19,060 nt of DNA from Desulfurococcaceae archaeon (GTDB lineage: Archaea > Thermoproteota > Thermoprotei_A > Sulfolobales > Desulfurococcaceae). The notes below the pieces were generated by a model. That model saw only the letters and a list, made by a program, of their open reading frames with translations, was not told the origin of the DNA and ran no database searches. The DNA lies in NCBI GenBank assembly GCA_038888155.1, contig JAWAJB010000015.1, positions 1-19,060 of the forward strand, given 5' to 3'. Made by a program: the position numbers and the translations under genes. Shown piece after piece: positions 9,701 to 17,650 of the stretch (the stretch's first letter is position 1; the number at the start of each line of letters is the position of its first letter).

Positions 9701-10161
9701 AGTTTTCACTTTTCTAGGATGCCATGCCCCACAAAGGGGGCATTTACAAGAATCTCATAAAGAGAATTGAAAGCTGATTTTATATGAACGCATGAAAATG
9801 CATTTATTTTCAATGGAATCTCATAAAGAGAATTGAAAGTATAGGGGGAAAGAACAAAAATGAATGATACCCTCCCCGGAATCTCATAAAGAGAATTGAA
9901 AGGCTTCAGATAAATCTATGTTCTCTACTGTTGTCATAAAGAATCTCATAAAGAGAATTGAAAGAAGAAAGAAACAATATTCGAACCTGTCGTTACGTCT
10001 TAAGAATCTCATAAAGAGAATTGAAAGGGAAAGTCAATTTCCCTTGCAAGTTTGTTAAGCGCACTAGCAATTTGAATCTCATAAAGAGAATTGAAAGAAT
10101 GAGCCCCTGGGGGTGCTCATATGAGTTTTTTCAAAAGGAATCTCATAAAGAGAATTGAAAG
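6800..10161 (+). CRISPR. CRISPR array 2: 52 repeats / 51 spacers (manual count), same 24-bp repeat, spacers about 37-52 bp
   Basis: GAATCTCATAAAGAGAATTGAAAG recurs from 6800 to 10161. The last repeat is still perfect. Confidence 0.98.
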
Positions 10162-10195
10162 ACCTCTGAGTTCCTTACTAATGCCCCCTAGCCTC

Positions 10196-10215
10196 AAGCT
10201 TCTTGCGCAAAGCTT
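10196..10215. terminator. Imperfect palindrome between convergent array 2 and the Cascade operon, possible terminator or processing element
   Basis: AAGCT-TC-TTGC|GCAA-AGCTT. Function inferred from position only. Confidence 0.2.
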
Positions 10216-10263
10216 AAAGTGCCTATCTAGATTAAGTCTATTAATTAAAGGATAAATAATTCA

Positions 10264-11394
10264 TTACTTCACTAGTAAGCTCTTCACCATAGCGCTCGTC
10301 GCCTTATTGTTAAGAATGTATATCCTATCAATGTATGTTGATAGTCTCTCTTTTACTCTGTCTTTCAACCTTAATGTTTCAAAAAGTGCTCCATTTAACA
10401 TATCGGCATCGCTATTGATAATGGCTAACGTTAACTTGAGTAGGATTGAGTCTATTAGACTCGGTAATTCTGTATCCTTCACTTCCCTATATCCACGGAT
10501 GTTAATTAATGATGATATGTATTCTTTAACATGATGCATCCATTCACCCAAGCTTAGGAAGAACCTGAGTATGGCAGCAGTATTGTATCGTCCATAGAGC
10601 CGGCTAGTTTCAGCTGCTTTCCTTCCAGTACGCTCAATGTCAAAAACTAAGATTTCTGGCGGATATAGTTCGTGAAGGAGCCCAATGGTTGCAAGATCTA
10701 GCTTTGCTAACACAGCTAGCGGGAGTGTGAGCTTAGGTAGTGCCTTTAATCCGTTGATATATCTACGTCCCTCTTCAGTGAAATACAATACAATAGCTCT
10801 ATTGATTGTTAAGAGGTATCTCTCATCTACACGCTTGCCTAAAGGTGGAATTAAAGCTAGGTGTAAACGAGATCCATTTTCTTCCAAGCAGACAGTGTAG
10901 TAAGCGAGACCTATCATGTAACTCGCTATGACCTCAGGCTTAGCCCTTGCTGATTCACCTGCCATTCCGCCATCATACTCTTCAAGCCCCTTTCCATAAA
11001 CGGGGAGCACGGATAGGTAAAACGTTTCCATAGTTTCTTTACGCCCTCCCTTGGTGATGGGTTCAAAGGCTGAAAACGAGAAGCTACCCATCTTCCTTAG
11101 CAGGTCGGCTAGTACTTCAAAAGCTGGTTTAAGGCCCCTTCCTGTGTTAACCCTAAACCATAGATGTTGTCTTACAAATTCGCTCTCAACCAAGTCATTG
11201 AGGTTTCTCAAAATCTCCTTTTCAAAGTCTTGAGGTTTTTTCCTGCTTTTTACACATAACATTTCATAATGCCCAAGGTTACATTCAACTTTAATGAGTG
11301 GATCGACCATCAACATCAGTTTAAATAAACCGAGGGAGCAAAGTGTGTCAGCAAGCAAGTTACCTACAGATGAAATCTTATACTGGTACATCAT
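10264..11394 (-). CDS. cas8a: Type I-A Cascade large subunit Cas8a2 (Csa4-like)
   Basis: Last gene after cas3''. N-terminal GNLLADTLxxLG and YLSVLPVYGKG resemble Cas8a2 motifs. Gene order matches crenarchaeal I-A operons. Confidence 0.75.
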   Translation of the reverse strand: MMYQYKISSVGNLLADTLCSLGLFKLMLMVDPLIKVECNLGHYEMLCVKSRKKPQDFEKEILRNLNDLVESEFVRQHLWFRVNTGRGLKPAFEVLADLLRKMGSFSFSAFEPITKGGRKETMETFYLSVLPVYGKGLEEYDGGMAGESARAKPEVIASYMIGLAYYTVCLEENGSRLHLALIPPLGKRVDERYLLTINRAIVLYFTEEGRRYINGLKALPKLTLPLAVLAKLDLATIGLLHELYPPEILVFDIERTGRKAAETSRLYGRYNTAAILRFFLSLGEWMHHVKEYISSLINIRGYREVKDTELPSLIDSILLKLTLAIINSDADMLNGALFETLRLKDRVKERLSTYIDRIYILNNKATSAMVKSLLVK

Positions 11395-12170
11395 ACCCTC
11401 CCTCTTTCAGCTGCTCTATTATCGACTTCACTGATTAAGAGAACCGCGGAGGCTAAACATAATCTAGTGGCGTTCACACGCGGCATACCGTCTATTAAAC
11501 TTATAATGTTGCTAATTGTTCTCACAATTTCTTTTCCTCCTATAGCTTTCGGCAACCTCCATCCTATACTTAGCTTGCTGAATTCATTAATCGCCTCAAA
11601 AGCTTGAAGTGCTACATCATCAAAGGTGAAGAATAAGGGTCCTATTTTACTATTCAAGTACTCGAATGTTGGCGATCGAAGCTTAAACCATTTATGTGCT
11701 ATTTGAATTGCCTCATGATGTAAATAAACTGCCGCAGAGATAAGAGCGCATAGTAAGTCCTTGTACGGCTTGTCGGTCAAATAATTAAACAATATATTAT
11801 AAACTGCATGGGCTCCGATGATTTCATGTCTATACCACTCTCCATTTTGATACTCCCTGCTTAGCTTTCCTATGTCATGGTGAGCTATTGCTATCTTAAG
11901 CGCTTCCTCTAGGTCATTGATTAAGTCGTCACCGATCTCAAGATCACAGAGAGCGGCGAAGCGGCGGACCATAGATCCAATGAACTTCCTTTTATAAATC
12001 ATCCATTCATCACAACAAAGAATTATATGTTGTAAGTAACATTCCTCACGTCGCTTTCCTCGCTCCTCATCCACAATATGATATGACCTGAATTTCGGTC
12101 CTGCTGTGCCCAAGCCACAAAACTCCCGACTTAGATAGGGGCATAATTCCTTTAAGTTACATTCCCACAT
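11391..12170 (-). CDS. cas3'': Cas3'' HD nuclease
   Basis: AHHDIGK, YRHEIIGA, VYLHHEA and terminal VD. Stand-alone HD gene after the helicase. Confidence 0.93.
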   Translation of the reverse strand: MWECNLKELCPYLSREFCGLGTAGPKFRSYHIVDEERGKRREECYLQHIILCCDEWMIYKRKFIGSMVRRFAALCDLEIGDDLINDLEEALKIAIAHHDIGKLSREYQNGEWYRHEIIGAHAVYNILFNYLTDKPYKDLLCALISAAVYLHHEAIQIAHKWFKLRSPTFEYLNSKIGPLFFTFDDVALQAFEAINEFSKLSIGWRLPKAIGGKEIVRTISNIISLIDGMPRVNATRLCLASAVLLISEVDNRAAERGRV

Positions 12171-12176
12171 TCTTCA

Positions 12177-14111
12177 TCACACGAAGCCACATTCTATGCT
12201 ATAAAAATCAGGGTTAAGAACATACGTTCCCTCTTCAATAATCACCCTTTCCCCCTCTTTACACCTTATAATCTCAAGCTTATAATAACGGGCTTTTTTC
12301 TCTGAGCTTACGTCTAATAGCGATGGACGCGTATAAAGTAAACGAGCGATAAGGCGTTCACCATCTTCAGTGCTGGGGAAGAATAATGCATGATGTGGCC
12401 TTCCATTTTCAATTAAGTAGACCTTCTCTAATGTAAAGAGCTTATCATGGATGATTTCATCGTTAATGAAGAAGGCCTCAGTATTTGACAATTCAATGGA
12501 CTGTTTTATCAATTCTTTAATGGTTACTTTGCATCTTTTTTTCAGCCTATAGCGACTTTTGTGCTCCTCTTCTTCATATTCCATTAAGTTAGCTTCAATA
12601 CTCTCATCTGATGCCAAGGAAAAGATGAAGAGTGGAGAATTCGGCCTAGCTTTTACATCTCGTATCGCCTCTTGGTCTACGATGAAAGGGTATATGGCAT
12701 CCAAGTATCTTAATGTGGTTTCCATTGAGCTCCTTAAATCTCTAAGCGTTTCAGAGAACTCCTCGGGCTTAAACTCCTTGTAAGAGTCATTCACAAATTG
12801 GTAAGAGGGTCCTAGCTTCGTTAAAGCATCAACTCTTTCACTATCCTTCATTCTTCCAAGCAATTCTGACGTCTTCTCGATCAAGATACTTGGATATGGC
12901 TCTGGGCTAATTGGCTTTAATATCACACAAGCACCGTCTTTTTCACCTATTCTTCTTGCACAACGACCAACCCTCTGTATCAAAGCATCAGCAGGTGCAA
13001 CCTCAGTTACCAATAACTCGCAACTTACATCTAGTCCTGCTTCTACTACTTGTGTCGCAACGGCTACAATGCCAGATACTTTACTTGCATTTAGTGGTTT
13101 ACATTCATCGCAATAAACTTCATGGTTTGCTATAAAAGCTGGCAAAGATACTTTCTTATCGCATTTGCTACACTTCACCTTAGACTGAAGTAGCTTTCTT
13201 GCAATTTCCTCTCGATCCCTACGATCCTGCAATCTTATGCGAGAGTGAAGCAGTACAACCTTCAGACCTTCTTTCTCTCTCCTCTTAACGATTTCAAAAG
13301 CTTTAACGGCTCTCTCTACAGTGTTCGCGATGATTAACACCCTCTTTGCTTGCCTTAATTTCTCATAAAATTCCTGCGACTTTAGGTAGCTTAAAAGATC
13401 TACATCTCTCTTAAATGTTACATCTTTAATAGAACCTCTATACGAGTTAACGTCTTCATTGAAGCTTTCCACATCATCGGGTACGCGTAATGGTTCTCCT
13501 ACATGCTTAAAAATCGTGTCTTCGATGCACGTAGGCAGAGTTGCCGTCATAATTACGACTGGAATGCCTGCTTCATGCAATGAAGCTATAAGCTTACCCA
13601 TAATGCTGTGTGAATACAAGTACCTGTCTTGCATCATGTGGGCTTCATCGAAAACCACGTAGGATGTGGCAATGACGCCTGCTGGTCTCTCAAGATGATA
13701 ATCGAGAGTCCTCCTAGCAAAGGAATAGAGAAAGGTATCGAACGTAGCCACTGAGACATCAGCATAGAAGTCAGTTGCATCTGACTCACCATGAAGCTCT
13801 TTAACGTCTCTTATGCCAAGCTTATCTAAATGCTCCTTAAGCCTATGGGCGACATCATGCGTTATCGCTCTCGTAGGTAGTACATATGTAAGCCCCCTTA
13901 CGATGGACCAATCATCTTTAATTGCCTCGTAGGCTAGCAAGGACTCGCCGATCAAGGTCTTTCCGTAGCCCGTAGGTAAGCGTACAAGCAACGGCTTTGG
14001 CTTTATATGTTCCGCATTATTAAGCAATTCTTCAATTGCAAGCCTTTGGAATGTGCGAAGCTTAATGCGTAGTAGTTTCGCATAGTTCCGTTCTAGCAAA
14101 TCGACCTTCAT
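12177..14111 (-). CDS. cas3': Cas3' SF2 helicase with a CxxC-x16-CxxC insertion
   Basis: PTGYGKT, DEAH, MTAT, LLHSR, ATQVVEAGLD and QRVGRCAR motifs. No N-terminal HD domain. Confidence 0.96.
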   Translation of the reverse strand: MKVDLLERNYAKLLRIKLRTFQRLAIEELLNNAEHIKPKPLLVRLPTGYGKTLIGESLLAYEAIKDDWSIVRGLTYVLPTRAITHDVAHRLKEHLDKLGIRDVKELHGESDATDFYADVSVATFDTFLYSFARRTLDYHLERPAGVIATSYVVFDEAHMMQDRYLYSHSIMGKLIASLHEAGIPVVIMTATLPTCIEDTIFKHVGEPLRVPDDVESFNEDVNSYRGSIKDVTFKRDVDLLSYLKSQEFYEKLRQAKRVLIIANTVERAVKAFEIVKRREKEGLKVVLLHSRIRLQDRRDREEIARKLLQSKVKCSKCDKKVSLPAFIANHEVYCDECKPLNASKVSGIVAVATQVVEAGLDVSCELLVTEVAPADALIQRVGRCARRIGEKDGACVILKPISPEPYPSILIEKTSELLGRMKDSERVDALTKLGPSYQFVNDSYKEFKPEEFSETLRDLRSSMETTLRYLDAIYPFIVDQEAIRDVKARPNSPLFIFSLASDESIEANLMEYEEEEHKSRYRLKKRCKVTIKELIKQSIELSNTEAFFINDEIIHDKLFTLEKVYLIENGRPHHALFFPSTEDGERLIARLLYTRPSLLDVSSEKKARYYKLEIIRCKEGERVIIEEGTYVLNPDFYSIECGFV

Positions 14112-14113
14112 AC

Positions 14114-15034
14114 TTACTTAACCTCCAAGAAATCCTTGGGCAGAACGGTCCTCCCTCCATCGGGAAGCTCTATTATTGCATATTCGTCCTTAACATTAAC
14201 ATCAACCTCTACGGGCCTAAGGTATTCAATGACTCTTCCATTCTGGATCGTCCTCTCTAGCGAAAGAGGGAGCATGTACCTCATTTTTTCGCGCCTGTGC
14301 TTAGGAATATCCAAAGGGTCTTCAACTTTAACTGAAAGGAGACGAAGATTGATGAGAACATCTTCTATTAAACCCTGCTGAACCACCTCTTTAAGCCAAT
14401 CTAAGGGACAATATGTATTGATTTTTCCCTTAGAGTCTATAATGTTGAAGCTATTGAATGTTTCGACGGAGATTGGGGAAGCGAGCATTTCGCTTCTACC
14501 TATTATACGTGTAATTTGGAGTGCACGCCTCACATCTCTTTCTGTTATGTCACCGACTTGAGATAAAAATCCTCCTAAGTACTCCTTTAGAGACTTATTT
14601 ACTTCATCCAAGTGTAAGAAAAGATAAGCTGCTATTTCAGCAAGTGAGACGATTTCAACATTAATCGCATCCGGAGGGACTCCTCCCTCCCCTTTCCTCT
14701 TTTCAATTAAAAACTTCTTCTCGATCCAGACCACGCGCCATATTTGAGACGACTTCTTAATCGGAGAGAGGGGACGTGAAAACGCATATGAGTTATTTTC
14801 AAACGCCCATTGAAGTATTAACCTAGCTTCTACTTGCTTCAATCCTTTCGAAGTTAAAACATTAATCTTTTGTTCTGAAGTTAATCCCTTAATCTCTCCT
14901 ATCCCCCTGGCCAGTAGTGCTATTAACGTGCGAGGCGAAGGTAGTGTATGCGAAATCAATATTGTCGCCGTCTCAGGGTATCCTAGTGAAAAAATGGGGA
15001 GGAGGAAGCGAGTCGAAGCACAAACTACTACCAA
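14114..15034 (-). CDS. cas5: Type I-A Cas5 (Cas5a)
   Basis: LPSPRTLIALL N-terminal RAMP motif, IGRSE loop and INTYCP. Lies between cas7 and cas3'. Confidence 0.85.
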   Translation of the reverse strand: MVVVCASTRFLLPIFSLGYPETATILISHTLPSPRTLIALLARGIGEIKGLTSEQKINVLTSKGLKQVEARLILQWAFENNSYAFSRPLSPIKKSSQIWRVVWIEKKFLIEKRKGEGGVPPDAINVEIVSLAEIAAYLFLHLDEVNKSLKEYLGGFLSQVGDITERDVRRALQITRIIGRSEMLASPISVETFNSFNIIDSKGKINTYCPLDWLKEVVQQGLIEDVLINLRLLSVKVEDPLDIPKHRREKMRYMLPLSLERTIQNGRVIEYLRPVEVDVNVKDEYAIIELPDGGRTVLPKDFLEVK

Positions 15035-15039
15035 TGTTT

Positions 15040-16062
15040 CTACACCTTGCTAAGGCCTAGGTACTCGATCGCCGTAACGATTGTCTCTGCAGGATCATTA
15101 ACTATTTTAACCTCCATTTTGTCCTCTTTTTTCGATTGGCCAATACCGTAAGCACAAATCAATAAATCTACATTAAACTCTTTAGCAAAGCTTCTAAAGA
15201 GCCTTTCATTTAACTGGAAGTAGTCCTCATACATCGGATGTACCGGTGCAGGAAAGCCTACTTTTGTCTCCTTACTGACTATAGCGACTATCTCTAAGGG
15301 CTTAGCTGCTGGCAATGACCGAGCGAGAGACGCGCCAAACGCGCCAGTCAGCATAGGAATGAATGCCTCAAGGATTGCCTTCTGCCTCCTCCTCTTTTCA
15401 TTATCATCTATGGCCTGCTTTCTGGAGGTAAAGGCCGTACCGACGAGGTCCAAGTCACATAAGGAAGCGAAGCCGTAGACGCCGTCTGCGTAGGATCTTG
15501 GATAAGGCATTTGCATTTCTCTTAGTTTTTTAGGTTCTTCAGGGACCTCGCGAATGTTTCGAGTGTGCTGAACAACTCTAAAGGGAGGCATTTCGATACC
15601 TTCTAAGTAGATGGGTAGGAGCCAAGAGAATTTAATTAGCGACTCGCGCCTTAACATGGGTTCCGTCCTAAGGAAGCCGTGTACGTCCTCTCCTACACAT
15701 AGCTTAATTAGGTCCTCTTCAGTCCCTTCCTTTAAACAATTAACGTATTTATTGTATGTTTTTTCATCCGTGTAGAACCATTCCATTCTCACCGCATCGG
15801 GTGGTGGAACTCTTATGGCTTCTCCTCGCCTACAAAGCGGACATAAATTTACTCCTAGCTCTTCAGCTCTTTTTGCAAGGTAGACTGCATGCCAATGCTT
15901 TAGCATTACGCCACTAACGGCCACCGCTTCATTAACTAAGCGATAACCATCCTTGGTTTGGAATATTAAAGGTACACGTCTTATCTCTTCAGCCCTCTCA
16001 TTGTTGAGATCATGCATATTAATAAGCAATTTAACGGTTAAGGCAAACTGCACCTTACTCAC
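15040..16062 (-). CDS. cas7: Type I-A Cas7 (Csa2) backbone subunit
   Basis: NMHDLNNE, AVSGVMLKHWH, LCPLCRRGE, EDVHGFL, RRESLIKFSW and FGASLARSLP motifs. Confidence 0.95.
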   Translation of the reverse strand: MSKVQFALTVKLLINMHDLNNERAEEIRRVPLIFQTKDGYRLVNEAVAVSGVMLKHWHAVYLAKRAEELGVNLCPLCRRGEAIRVPPPDAVRMEWFYTDEKTYNKYVNCLKEGTEEDLIKLCVGEDVHGFLRTEPMLRRESLIKFSWLLPIYLEGIEMPPFRVVQHTRNIREVPEEPKKLREMQMPYPRSYADGVYGFASLCDLDLVGTAFTSRKQAIDDNEKRRRQKAILEAFIPMLTGAFGASLARSLPAAKPLEIVAIVSKETKVGFPAPVHPMYEDYFQLNERLFRSFAKEFNVDLLICAYGIGQSKKEDKMEVKIVNDPAETIVTAIEYLGLSKV

Positions 16063-16447
16063 CTCCTTCTTCCTTCTTTTCCTCTAAACATTTCTTACAT
16101 GCGCCGCTAGCCATCCCTAAGAGCACTTGGAGGTAAGCCTTCCCAACTTTTGCATGGTGCTTCTGAACAACCATTACGTCGTTTTCGCTAGGCCATCTCA
16201 TGCTTCGAATATACGATTTATGTTCCTCATCATCCTTCAATTTGTAAAATTCTCGTTGCGCATAACTTAAAAGCTCAGAGAATTTGCTGACATCATCCCC
16301 AACGCTAAGCCTAAGCTCATGGTACAATTGAACGTTTTTTGCATGAAATATGAGGTAATGAAGTACAGATGCTATCGCCTTAGAGGCTTCATCGTGTAAC
16401 TCACTTAGCATGGAGTCATCGATAACCTTTTTTGTGTGGAGACTCAT
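16055..16447 (-). CDS. csa5: Type I-A small subunit Csa5 (Cas11)
   Basis: About 130-aa helical protein, first in the operon and overlapping the cas7 start. ATG at 16447 follows a GGGG RBS (the ORF track starts at GTG 16462). The call rests mainly on position and size. Confidence 0.7.
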   Translation of the reverse strand: MSLHTKKVIDDSMLSELHDEASKAIASVLHYLIFHAKNVQLYHELRLSVGDDVSKFSELLSYAQREFYKLKDDEEHKSYIRSMRWPSENDVMVVQKHHAKVGKAYLQVLLGMASGACKKCLEEKKEEGGE

Positions 16448-16485
16448 TATCAAACCCCACACAGATTAAGAGTGTTCTTTTTTTC

Positions 16486-16527
16486 TATTTAAATCTTTCT
16501 TTCAAATAGGTTGTAGAAAGATTCAAA
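16486..16527 (-). promoter_or_regulatory. Cascade operon promoter (TATA TTTAAATA 16486-16493) overlapped by a 13-bp inverted repeat
   Basis: AAAGATTTAAATAGAAAA resembles the leader promoter AAAAATTTAAATAAGAAAA. Arms at 16488-16500 and 16515-16527 match 12/13. Confidence 0.6.
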
Positions 16528-16573
16528 ATGCATAAATAGAAGTATGAAAAATACTTATGAATGAGGGTTGGGG

Positions 16574-17233
16574 ATGAATAAAACGGTACTAGCGACATTT
16601 GGATGGACCGAAGCCTCTGTAATTTCCTCAATACTTCGTCACGGTTTAAGCAATGGAGATAAAATACTATTAATTATGCCTGAGCGCCGTGATGAAAGGA
16701 GCGAGGCTGCTTTACGGGATTTAAAAGCCTTTATTACGACTCATCTAAAGAACATTGGAATTTCTGAGCTACGCATCACCATTGATAATCCTGCAACATC
16801 CATATACGAGTTGAAAAGAGCAATTGAAGCTGAAAGAGATAGGAAATGTATAATTAATTTAAGCGGCGGCATGAGGGCTGTTGTGGTCTTCACTTACATT
16901 GCGGCTCTCCTTGCTGAGCACCCGAATATTGTTGTGGAGTTAGAAACCGAAGATAGAAAGACGGTAATTGAGGTTCCTAAAATGAGGTTAGCAGATTTTA
17001 TTGAGGTTAAAAAATTACCTCAGCTTGCGAAAGAAATTATGAAGAAGCTTCTACGAGGTCCATTAGACGTGGCGACCCTTAGGAAAGACCTTAATGCCCC
17101 AACTTCGACCCTCTATTATGCTCAAATGAAGCTATTAGAGCGGGGTTATATCATGCGAGAGAAGAAGGGCAAAACCTTTATCTTAAAGTTAACTCCATTT
17201 GGAGAGCTATTAGCAAGATTGATGGAAGGATAG
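16574..17233 (+). CDS. csa3: Csa3 transcriptional regulator (CARF + winged HTH)
   Basis: LATFGW and INLSGGMRA CARF motifs plus C-terminal HTH (STLYY..KLLERGYI..LTPFG). Divergent from csa5. ATG at 16574, alternative TTG at 16568. Confidence 0.92.
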   Translation: MNKTVLATFGWTEASVISSILRHGLSNGDKILLIMPERRDERSEAALRDLKAFITTHLKNIGISELRITIDNPATSIYELKRAIEAERDRKCIINLSGGMRAVVVFTYIAALLAEHPNIVVELETEDRKTVIEVPKMRLADFIEVKKLPQLAKEIMKKLLRGPLDVATLRKDLNAPTSTLYYAQMKLLERGYIMREKKGKTFILKLTPFGELLARLMEG

Positions 17234-17412
17234 CGTGTCGATAATTAAGGAAAAGAAGCCGGAGGGAAAAATTATTGAGGAATGTAGTTCAACAAAAAAC
17301 AATAATGAGGGGACCCACTTGAATGTAGTATTTCGGCAGTTAGTTAACAAGTTTACACTCAACTTCTTCAGCATCATTTTAGCTAAATTTCTAAGTAAAA
17401 AGGGGGGCATGG

Positions 17413-17637
17413 TTGGCTATACCTGAAATTTACCTCGATGGAGTCTTAGATTTACTTCAAAAGCTTAAGGAGGTCAACAAGCATGAAGAGCGAATAAAAA
17501 TATACGTTCAAATCAAGGAAAACCTCGTTTCAGCATCACACTCAGATATTAAGAGGTTTGAATGGAAAGATGAGTTAAAGCTTTGGGTGATTAAGGATTA
17601 TGATAAGGATTTAGGGATAATGAGGATGAAAGGTTAG
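17413..17637 (+). CDS. Hypothetical 74-aa protein between csa3 and cas6
   Basis: GGGGGG RBS-like run before the TTG start, protein-like composition, stop 13 bp before cas6. No family recognised. Confidence 0.6.
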   Translation: MAIPEIYLDGVLDLLQKLKEVNKHEERIKIYVQIKENLVSASHSDIKRFEWKDELKLWVIKDYDKDLGIMRMKG

Positions 17638-17650
17638 TAGTGATGAAATC

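Noticed and set aside
289-10161. Self-targeting spacers against genes in this window
   Set aside because: None seen by eye. A genome-wide BLASTN is needed to exclude self-targeting elsewhere.
4014-14381. Short + strand ORFs (4014, 6167, 10307, 10685, 11051, 12559, 12911, 13459, 14136)
   Set aside because: Antisense shadows of well-supported cas genes with no motifs.
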